DNA of 64,000 bases, from contig NZ_JAILNU010000075.1 of the NCBI RefSeq assembly GCF_024691275.1, forward strand, positions 36,715-100,714. Direction: 5' to 3'. This DNA is from Ruminococcus sp. (GTDB lineage Bacteria; Bacillota; Clostridia; Oscillospirales; Ruminococcaceae). The notes beneath the pieces were generated by a model that was not told where the DNA came from, searched no databases, and worked only from the letters and a program-made list of their open reading frames with translations. Position numbers and translations under genes: made by a program. This document shows positions 57,801 through 64,000 of this stretch, piece by piece (within the stretch, counting starts at the first letter, position 1; every line of letters begins with the position of its first letter).

Positions 57801-60546
57801 TCCTGACAAATGTTCGGGTATAAGAAGTCTCAGTATCAGTGTCAACGGACGCGAAAAGAACATAGTTCTTGCCGACAACGGCATCAGTGAGGAAAAGCTG
57901 AATGCTGCGGGAAAATACTATGTAGCGCTTGAATCCGCAGAAGATGAGAACTTCTTCAACGCTTTCCTCAGAAGCAGCGATGACAAGAAACTCAACGTGC
58001 TCATATGCGAAAATGTTCCCTGTATCAGCGAAGGCGATCAGAGTGAGAATATCGAAAATGGCAGCGTAAGAATAGGCTTCTGCGTTGAAGACTTTGCTCA
58101 TAATTACAGCGCGGTCAAGTACGAGACAGTCTACGTGGATCTTTCTGATCCTACGGTAGTTTCGGCAGAGGTGAACGGCAGGAATTTCATCAGGAGCGGC
58201 GATTACTGCTATGATATTTTCGGACGAAGTGAAGCCGTTGTCAGCATCAGAGTGACTGACGATGCTCCAAGCTCAGGTTTCGCAAGTGTGTATGCTTCAC
58301 TTTACAACGAAAATGATGAGCTTGCTGCTGAGAAGATCATTGCCGAGAGATTGGAGTCTGCGGATATATGGAATGTGAGAGTTCCTGTTGATTTCAAGGG
58401 CTACCTTGTGATATATGCAGTTGACAATGTGGGAAGGATTTCCCCCGAAGTCCGTACTAACGGCATAATCACAGAGAGTGAGGAAAAACATTCGGAGGAG
58501 CCGCATATAAACTTCGTGCTCCCTTCGACAAGCCACAAGGACAGGGACGGCAGACCTCTCTACAGCAGCGATATCTCCGTTGATATCACTGCGGAGGATA
58601 AGTTCTCGGGCATCGCGGAGATAATTACTTCCGTTACGGGAAGAAACAGCAGCTCCGTAACTGTTAATGCGGCAGGTGAAGTATCGGGAGCCGATGCAGG
58701 TGAATGGCACGATACTCCGAATAACAGGGAATACAACCTTGTTTCCCGACTCTCGCGCAAGCTGGACATAGCTCAGGATTCAAACAATATCGTTGTTGAC
58801 ATAAGTCTGAAGGATCAGGCAGGAAATCCGCTGAATACTCCTCATGAGACAGTTAATTTCAGCATCGACAAGACCGACCCGAAGATAGATGTTACATATA
58901 CCGATTTGAGTGGAAATCCCGAAAACGGCAGCAAGACCCTTTACAATACCGCAAGACGTGCGCTGATAACTGTTACCGAACGCAATTTCGACAGCTCACT
59001 TGCCGAGGTGCTTGTAAACGGTTCAAGACGCAGCGTTTCGTGGTCTCACGTCAGCGGAACTGAGGGCACTGATGACGCTAAGTATCGTGCAGAGGTAACA
59101 TTTGAGGCTGACGGAAATTATGATCTTAATGTCAAGTGTACAGATATGGGCGGCAGAACTGCCAATGAGTATAAACAGAGCTTTGAGATCGACCGCACTC
59201 CGCCATCGCTGAGTGTAGGCTTCGATAAGTCTGTGACCAATTCTCATTACTATAATGAGCCTGTTACAGCAACATTAAGGATATCCGATGTGAATTTCGA
59301 TGCTCAGAGCATAAATATCACAGGTACTTACAATAACAAGTCCGATGGCTTCCCGACAGCTTCTGCATGGACAAAGTCGGGAAATGAGTATGTTTCGTCC
59401 ATAAGGTTCGAGAAGAACGGCGAGTACGAGATAACTGTATCGGGCCGCGATAAGGCAGGCAATGCGCTTGAGACTTATAACGGAAGCTTCTGCATTGATA
59501 CCAAGAAGCCTGCTATCCGTACAGATAATGTGAGCAGATCTAACAACGGAAGCGAGATACGTCCGCGTATCGAGTTCACCGACACTAATCTTAATAAGGA
59601 CAGCATCAAGATCGAGCTGGACGGCGCTAACCGAGGCAAGTCGCTGGAGTACAGCGGTGAGCTTATCGAGAAGAAGGACGGCTACGAGTATGTCTTCGAT
59701 AATTTCCCGCAGACCGCCGAGTATGACGATATTTATACCATCAGGGCAAGTGCAAAGGACAATGCCAACAATAAGCTCGAACAGAATGTGAGCTTCTCAG
59801 TAAACAGATTCGGTTCCACATTCTCACTTGATGAGGCTACGGCGTTCGTTATCGGCAGGTTCATCTCGGAGCCGCGCGATATCGTCATCACTGAGCGTAA
59901 TGCCGATAAACACGCTGAACCAAGCAAGGTGTACATCACAAGAGATACCGAGATGATAGAGCTCACCGAGAGAAAGGATTATGCCGTTGAAGAAAAGGGC
60001 GGCAAAAATGAATGGGCTGAGTACAGATACGTCATCTATGCAAAGAACTTCGATAAGGACGCTAAGTATACGGTCTCTATCCACTCGGTGGACGAAGCCG
60101 GCAATATAAACGTCAGCGCTGCTCTGAAGAAGAATGCTGCTGTATCGTTCAGTGTAGATAAGACAGCTCCTCTTTGTATACCGCTGAACATTTCCGAAAA
60201 CAGTGCTTACAAGGGCGAGAGCCATACAGCAAAGCTTTGCATCTCCGACAACGTTGCACTGAAAGAGGTAAAGGTATATGTCAACGGCGATCCGGCTCCG
60301 ACAAGAATAGATAATGACGAGTATTCATTCGAGATATACAACTCTCCTCATGCTCAGGAGATATCGGTTGTGCTGACAGATATGGCAGACAACGAGATCG
60401 AATACAATTACAGGAACATACTTGTCACAACAAGTGTGCTCAGACTTCTTATCCGCAAGACATGGTTCAAGATAGCTGGAATAGCTGCACTGCTGCTGGC
60501 AGGAGCTGCCACATTCTTTATCAGGAGAAGAAGACGTTTACGCTGA
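54895..60546 (+). CDS. giant (1883 aa) cell-surface protein: signal peptide, Thr/Ala linker, multiple Ig-like modules, C-terminal TM anchor
   Basis: Signal peptide ending in ASA. Linker TTTSAAVTTSAVTTSAAAATTT. Eight module-boundary motifs D-x-x-x-P (DKNAPGV 56542, DGEAPVI 57286, DKTAPES 57649, DLSDPTV 58138, DKTDPKI 58867, DRTPPSL 59191, DTKKPAI 59497, DKTAPLC 60157). C-terminal IAGIAALLLAGAATFFIRRRRRLR. No LPXTG motif. Confidence 0.8.
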   Translation: MNNGGFDLKRKIAFAAALIVVSHSVGAMPIASAAPVSVKVQNVNRQTKAEENNEEPAAPAETTTSAAVTTSAVTTSAAAATTTVSETTAAVTTTQNPYNEYKITVNSIELDYEGFSSLASKALGDNIIIDVDPERNYSNTVKVPKANTVNRGDIYIYQKSIKFTLVSFKNNELVYDVSYRVSVDKNVRNVEITDENGEKLNESVYLPHGSKVNVKPLPAYMLDDSDDAKSFTLDTAMWVKVTDENGEGFNLDISNQKHSVKPKKFSINISNYHKVYHEVNENQSDETGQREFKWNEIDDFYIYSKDKCALIVSYDNKVETYELKNERFYLKDLLKSEKFKYINGARFNITGVNHKLHVKSMFDGSETTKESDINVEKGDGSDYIIRVPYLESNNYRLVSYDYKGNTFYVNNEYQDKLIDKENFYRITVDSEEKNITLNYSQISMFGKYSFVPTKDVYRRSEHCYVYDSASPTPKFMNFSADFDGSNIYYSFLRDKNSLESGKYSIVERSRTFAVDVKNIGYPKFIFVTNILKNGDVLEGGLENSICFYDDKNAPGVTVEPKDGWSGKDGLEFRVNTDDSEECPVSGGGESFYEQNLIKEVFDKYINDKSDDKQQISALYVGDYRFDRPADGWKDGVEQEGTVETLSITKAENALITVLAETDLSILGSEYASHPETDVFYQGFVRGGGCTSLSAYYTKLAKTTPEDEMPAEAIAFEHAFAAYNKAVDSEKTEAAALKRKVVPTLVYNAEENKFIIKVKAVDKLKDTVIENKKLVVYAVDNNGNSDPTGKSETVTVNLDGEAPVIHDKNDKKISVGGTAEFVREKDGVSEYVIRAGSVISAYITDKGMGLDKGKCGFGTEKEPSFIMSGDDSGKFTYTFSDEELDKELKSFISIKASDRAGNDASLNSGETAEKIKVIIDKTAPESEILNSSVSENCFIQVTGEGEDKQEKKWFRNYSDVRMDIRAADLYPDKCSGIRSLSISVNGREKNIVLADNGISEEKLNAAGKYYVALESAEDENFFNAFLRSSDDKKLNVLICENVPCISEGDQSENIENGSVRIGFCVEDFAHNYSAVKYETVYVDLSDPTVVSAEVNGRNFIRSGDYCYDIFGRSEAVVSIRVTDDAPSSGFASVYASLYNENDELAAEKIIAERLESADIWNVRVPVDFKGYLVIYAVDNVGRISPEVRTNGIITESEEKHSEEPHINFVLPSTSHKDRDGRPLYSSDISVDITAEDKFSGIAEIITSVTGRNSSSVTVNAAGEVSGADAGEWHDTPNNREYNLVSRLSRKLDIAQDSNNIVVDISLKDQAGNPLNTPHETVNFSIDKTDPKIDVTYTDLSGNPENGSKTLYNTARRALITVTERNFDSSLAEVLVNGSRRSVSWSHVSGTEGTDDAKYRAEVTFEADGNYDLNVKCTDMGGRTANEYKQSFEIDRTPPSLSVGFDKSVTNSHYYNEPVTATLRISDVNFDAQSINITGTYNNKSDGFPTASAWTKSGNEYVSSIRFEKNGEYEITVSGRDKAGNALETYNGSFCIDTKKPAIRTDNVSRSNNGSEIRPRIEFTDTNLNKDSIKIELDGANRGKSLEYSGELIEKKDGYEYVFDNFPQTAEYDDIYTIRASAKDNANNKLEQNVSFSVNRFGSTFSLDEATAFVIGRFISEPRDIVITERNADKHAEPSKVYITRDTEMIELTERKDYAVEEKGGKNEWAEYRYVIYAKNFDKDAKYTVSIHSVDEAGNINVSAALKKNAAVSFSVDKTAPLCIPLNISENSAYKGESHTAKLCISDNVALKEVKVYVNGDPAPTRIDNDEYSFEIYNSPHAQEISVVLTDMADNEIEYNYRNILVTTSVLRLLIRKTWFKIAGIAALLLAGAATFFIRRRRRLR

Positions 60547-60556
60547 TATCATAAGT

Positions 60557-60588
60557 AAAGCCGCTCTGGTTTTCAGAGCGGCTTTTTT
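60557..60588 (+). terminator. intrinsic terminator of the six-gene operon
   Basis: AGCCGCTCTG / CAGAGCGGCT stem followed by TTTTTT. Confidence 0.85.
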
Positions 60589-60768
60589 GTTGAAAAGTTC
60601 AACAAAATTCCACAACGATTTGGACATTAATTTAATAAGAATAAACAGTCTGAAAGTAACAGATTTTATCGGGAAATATAAAATGCACGAAATGTCATAG
60701 TCAATTGACAAAGTGCACATAATTGAGCTGCTTGTATTATTCAATCAACCAAATTTAACATAAAACAT

Positions 60769-60798
60769 ATTGACATTGTGATTGATATTGTGTAAAAT
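60769..60798 (+). promoter_or_regulatory. sigma-A promoter of the sugar ABC operon embedded in a tandem 12-nt repeat
   Basis: TTGACA (60770-60775), 17-nt spacer, TAAAAT (60793-60798). ATTGACATTGTG (60769-60780) and ATTGATATTGTG (60781-60792) are tandem, giving ATTG every 6 nt four times. Confidence 0.55.
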
Positions 60799-60881
60799 AC
60801 TAAGTAGGAAGCAACTTATAACTTGTTTTTACAAGGCAACAATTTTTTCACATAAATTATTTACAAAGGAGGACATTTGAT

Positions 60882-62099
60882 ATGAAAATGAAAAAGTTTC
60901 TGGCAGTTCTGATGACTGTTGTTATGGGAGGTTCACTCGTAGCGTGTGGATCATCAGACACAGATCAAAGTACAAATTCAAATTCAAGTTCAAATTCCAA
61001 TTCTGATTCAAATTCAAACGCTGATTCAAATTCTAATTCTGACACAAAGTCAGGTGACAAGAAAACTGTTGGTATCGCAATGCCTACAAAGTCGCTTGAG
61101 CGTTGGAACAGAGACGGCGAGTATCTTGAGGCTCAGTTCAAGGCAGCAGGCTATGATGTTGAACTGAAGTATTCCGATAACGATACAAACCAGCAGAACA
61201 ACGATATCCAGGGTATGATCGCTGACGGCGTTGACCTTCTCCTTATCGCTGCTATCGACGGAAATACACTCTCTCAGACACTTGCTGAGGCAAAGGACGC
61301 TAATATCCCTGTTATCGCTTATGACCGTCTTATTATGAACACTGATGCTGTTTCATACTACGTTTCATTCGATAACTATACAGTTGGTAAGCTCCAGGGT
61401 CAGTACGTAATCGACGAGCTCAAGCTCGACAGCGAGAAAGGACCTTTCAATATCGAGTTTACCGCAGGCGATCCTGCTGATAATAACGCAGGATACTTCT
61501 TCAACGGTGCTTATGAGACTCTTGAGTCTTACATCAAGGAAGGCAAGCTTGTAATTCCTTCAGGCAAGAAGACTTTCGAGCAGGTAGCTACTCCATCATG
61601 GTCAACAGATAACGCTCTTGAGAATATGCAGAATACTCTTGCTTCATATTACTCAGACGGTACTATCCTTGATGTTGCACTTTGCTCTAACGACTCTACT
61701 GCTCTTGGTGTTGCTCAGGCTATCAAGTCTGACTATACAGGCGGCAATGCACCTATCGTTACAGGTCAGGACGGCGATATCGCTAACCTCAAGAACATCG
61801 TTGACGGCAGACAGTCTATGACTGTTTACAAGAACGTAAATGATGAGGCCGGTGTAACTCTTGAAGTTTCCAAGGCTATCCTTTCAGGCGAGACTCCTGA
61901 TGCAGGTCTTATAAGCTCACTTTCAGCTGAAGCTACATATGATACAGAGTCTTACGATAACGGTGTTAAGACAGTTCCTTCTTACCTGCTCGTTCCTTAT
62001 GTTATCACTAAGGATAACCTCGACGTTCTCGTTGATACAGGCCTTTATAAGTGGGACAGCGACAATAAGTACCTTGAGTCTACAGCTTCAACGACCTGA
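60882..62099 (+). CDS. CUT2-family sugar ABC transporter substrate-binding lipoprotein (ChvE/XylF-like)
   Basis: Lipobox LVACGSS, SN/SD repeat linker, then KTVGIAMPTKSLERWNRDG...DGVDLLLIAAIDG, typical of periplasmic-binding-protein type I sugar binders. Confidence 0.85.
   Translation: MKMKKFLAVLMTVVMGGSLVACGSSDTDQSTNSNSSSNSNSDSNSNADSNSNSDTKSGDKKTVGIAMPTKSLERWNRDGEYLEAQFKAAGYDVELKYSDNDTNQQNNDIQGMIADGVDLLLIAAIDGNTLSQTLAEAKDANIPVIAYDRLIMNTDAVSYYVSFDNYTVGKLQGQYVIDELKLDSEKGPFNIEFTAGDPADNNAGYFFNGAYETLESYIKEGKLVIPSGKKTFEQVATPSWSTDNALENMQNTLASYYSDGTILDVALCSNDSTALGVAQAIKSDYTGGNAPIVTGQDGDIANLKNIVDGRQSMTVYKNVNDEAGVTLEVSKAILSGETPDAGLISSLSAEATYDTESYDNGVKTVPSYLLVPYVITKDNLDVLVDTGLYKWDSDNKYLESTASTT
60974..61040 (+). 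repeat. imperfect hexanucleotide (TCAAAT/TCTAAT-type) tandem repeat encoding an (S-N/S-D)n linker
   Basis: Encodes NSNSSSNSNSDSNSNADSNSNSD. Repeated AATTCA/AATTCT units are visible in the DNA. Confidence 0.8.
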
Positions 62100-62126
62100 T
62101 AAAAACATTGCATCACATTGTCTTAA

Positions 62127-62149
62127 AAGGGTGGGCTTTGCCCGCCCTT
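62127..62149 (+). other. intercistronic stem-loop after the binding-protein gene
   Basis: AAGGGUGGGC / GCCCGCCCUU stem (one G-U pair) with a weak U-tract. This is the typical position of partial terminators or stabilisers after ABC binding-protein genes. Confidence 0.5.
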
Positions 62150-62190
62150 CTTATGAATAAAAGGCAATAAGATGCGAGGAGGGATACAAC

Positions 62191-63726
62191 TTGGCAGATT
62201 ACATTCTGGAAATGAAAAATATCACAAAGGAGTTCCCCGGTGTTAAGGCTCTTGACAATGTAAACCTTCAGGTTGAGCGCGGAGAGATCCATGCGCTTGT
62301 TGGTGAGAACGGTGCGGGTAAGTCTACCCTTATGAACGTTCTCAGCGGTACCTATCCATTCGGTTCGTATACCGGAGATATCATCTACAACGGTCAGACC
62401 TGTCAGTTCAAAACACTGCATGACAGCGAAGAAAAAGGCATTGTTATCATACATCAGGAACTCGCTCTTATCCCCGAGCTTTCAATAGGGGAGAATATGT
62501 TCCTCGGCAACGAGAGAAAAGGTAAATTCGGCATCGACTGGGATCGTACCTATCACGAGGCCGGAGAGCATATGCGTCAGGTAGGTCTTAAAGAAGAAGC
62601 TACCACGCTTATAAAGGATATCGGTACAGGTAAGCAGCAGCTTGTCGAGATAGCCAAGGCGCTCAGTAAGAACGTTAAGCTGCTGATCCTTGACGAGCCT
62701 ACGTCTTCTCTTAACGAAGAGGATTCGCGTATGCTCCTTGATCTCCTTATAGGCTTCAAGAAAGAGGGAATGACCTCTATCATCATCTCTCATAAACTCA
62801 ATGAGATATCTTACGTTGCCGATAAGATCACTGTAGTGCGTGACGGCTCGACTATCGAGACTATCGACAATGCCGAGCACAATATCGACGAGGCGCGTAT
62901 CATACGCGGAATGGTTGGTCGTGAGATCAGCGACCGTTATCCTGCCCGTGAACATAATATCAGCGATAAGATAGGCATAGAAGTTAAGAACTGGAACGTT
63001 TACCACCCGCTGTATACAGAGAAAAAGGTCGTTGACAACGTTTCGTTCAACGTTCACCGCGGCGAGATAGTAGGCTTCTCGGGCTTGCAGGGGGCAGGAC
63101 GTACTGAGCTGGCTATGTCTATTTTCGGAAAATCATACGGTACGAATATCAGCGGTGAGCTCAGGATAGACGGTTCGGAGAAATCACTGAAAAATGTTCG
63201 TGCTGCTATCGAATCAGGTCTTGCTTACGTTACCGAAGACAGAAAGGGTAACGGTCTCGTTCTTGAGGAAACTATCGCTAAAAATACAACTATGGCGAGA
63301 CTTGAAAAAGTCTGCAAGAAGGGTATAATCGACTTCAATGAGGAAAACAAGGTGGCTGAAGAATATAAGGAGAAACTTCACACAAAAACTCCTTCCGTTC
63401 AGCAGGCTGTCGGAAATCTCTCAGGCGGTAATCAGCAGAAGGTGCTTCTGGCAAAGTGGATGTTTGCCGATCCTGAAGTGCTTATCCTTGATGAGCCGAC
63501 CCGTGGTATAGATGTCGGCGCTAAGTATGAGATATACTGCATCATGAATGATCTTGTCGCTCAGGGCAAGTCAGTGGTAATGATATCTTCGGAAATGCCC
63601 GAGCTTCTTGGTATGTGCGATCGCATCTATGTCATGAACGAGGGCAAAATGGTGGCGGAAATGCCTGCTGCCGAGGCAACGCAGGAAAAGATCATGGCCG
63701 CTATCCTCCAGTCCGACAAAAAATAA
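62191..63726 (+). CDS. sugar ABC transporter ATP-binding protein (duplicated ABC domains; MglA/XylG/GguA-like)
   Basis: Two Walker A sites ([18 protein letters not shown]), two signatures (GTGKQQ, SGGNQQK) and two Walker B sites ([16 protein letters not shown]). TTG 62191 lies 7 nt after GAGGAGGG; ATG 62212 is an alternative start. Confidence 0.9.
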   Translation: MADYILEMKNITKEFPGVKALDNVNLQVERGEIHALVGENGAGKSTLMNVLSGTYPFGSYTGDIIYNGQTCQFKTLHDSEEKGIVIIHQELALIPELSIGENMFLGNERKGKFGIDWDRTYHEAGEHMRQVGLKEEATTLIKDIGTGKQQLVEIAKALSKNVKLLILDEPTSSLNEEDSRMLLDLLIGFKKEGMTSIIISHKLNEISYVADKITVVRDGSTIETIDNAEHNIDEARIIRGMVGREISDRYPAREHNISDKIGIEVKNWNVYHPLYTEKKVVDNVSFNVHRGEIVGFSGLQGAGRTELAMSIFGKSYGTNISGELRIDGSEKSLKNVRAAIESGLAYVTEDRKGNGLVLEETIAKNTTMARLEKVCKKGIIDFNEENKVAEEYKEKLHTKTPSVQQAVGNLSGGNQQKVLLAKWMFADPEVLILDEPTRGIDVGAKYEIYCIMNDLVAQGKSVVMISSEMPELLGMCDRIYVMNEGKMVAEMPAAEATQEKIMAAILQSDKK

Positions 63727-63744
63727 AACAGTGAGGAATGCAAC

Positions 63745-64000
63745 ATGAATACAAATACGTTATTTGATAGAAATAAAATTAAGACGTTAGTAAAGAATTA
63801 TACCATGGTCATAGCCCTGGTCGTGGTATTTATCTTCTTCTCTTACTGGACAGAAGGACGTCTTTTATATGCACAGAATCTTTCCAACCTTCTGATACAG
63901 AATGCATACGTTCTGGTTCTTGCCTGCGGTATGCTTATGTGTATCCTTACAGGTGGTAACATCGACCTCTCAGTAGGTTCGACCGTATGTCTCATCGGTG
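63745..64000 (+). CDS. sugar ABC transporter permease, N-terminal fragment (3' end outside window)
   Basis: ATG 63745 follows GTGAGGAA. Hydrophobic N-terminus ...LVLACGMLMCILTGGNIDLSVGS is typical of CUT2 (XylH/GguB/RbsC-like) permeases. The ORF runs off the window end. Confidence 0.75.
   Translation, partial: MNTNTLFDRNKIKTLVKNYTMVIALVVVFIFFSYWTEGRLLYAQNLSNLLIQNAYVLVLACGMLMCILTGGNIDLSVGSTVCLIG

Noticed and set aside
49628-58101. Long minus-strand ORFs inside the FHA/kinase/giant-protein operon (49628-50494, 51782-52645, 55252-55965, 57244-58101)
   Set aside because: Each is antisense to a gene with strong motifs or a repeat architecture. They have no RBS or family signal. I looked specifically for a hidden antisense gene here and found no support.
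60974-61040. Short tandem repeats as a possible CRISPR or other non-coding array
   Set aside because: The units are 6 nt, contiguous, in frame, and lie inside a lipoprotein linker. There are no spacers or cas genes.
1-64000. Mobile elements, prophage, defence systems (RM, CRISPR-Cas, TA, retron/RT), tRNA or rRNA genes
   Set aside because: I scanned all ORF translations and intergenic regions. I found no transposase, integrase, recombinase, RT, nuclease/helicase defence signatures or terminal inverted repeats. No cloverleaf-like or rRNA-like sequences were recognised.

Overview
This 64-kb chromosomal window comes from a mid-GC Firmicute. It looks like a cellulosome-producing Ruminococcus/Oscillospiraceae (inference), because three secreted proteins end in duplicated Ca-binding dockerin modules: a GH44 glucanase, a protein with three tandem GH11-like modules, and a BspA-type LRR protein. 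Core content: (1) rpoB-rpoC as a stand-alone unit with its own promoter and terminator, where RpoB carries an unusual ~100-aa acidic FSFDD-repeat tail; (2) a queD-queE-folE-queC-queF operon behind a candidate preQ1-I riboswitch plus attenuator; (3) bioB behind a BirA-type operator that overlaps its -35 box. Accessory content: two OmpR/histidine-kinase pairs, one divergent from the GH11-like gene and one inside an ABC-exporter plus C45/Ntn-hydrolase-like lipoprotein module; a PadR-DUF1700-DUF4097 triad; an ECF-like sigma/anti-sigma pair next to a VanY-type carboxypeptidase; an island of GNAT acetyltransferases; PPK2; GntR plus TraB/GumN; a GGDEF cyclase; and the start of a CUT2 sugar ABC transporter. 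The most interesting locus is a tightly packed six-gene operon (49.6-60.5 kb). It joins an FHA protein, a PP2C phosphatase and a Hanks Ser/Thr kinase to three envelope proteins: a small single-pass protein, a membrane-anchored cohesin-like protein, and a 1883-aa Ig-repeat giant with a C-terminal TM anchor. I know of no characterised system with this arrangement. I recognised no rRNA, tRNA, CRISPR array, transposase, integrase or phage genes. All family assignments come from motif recognition by eye, without database searches.
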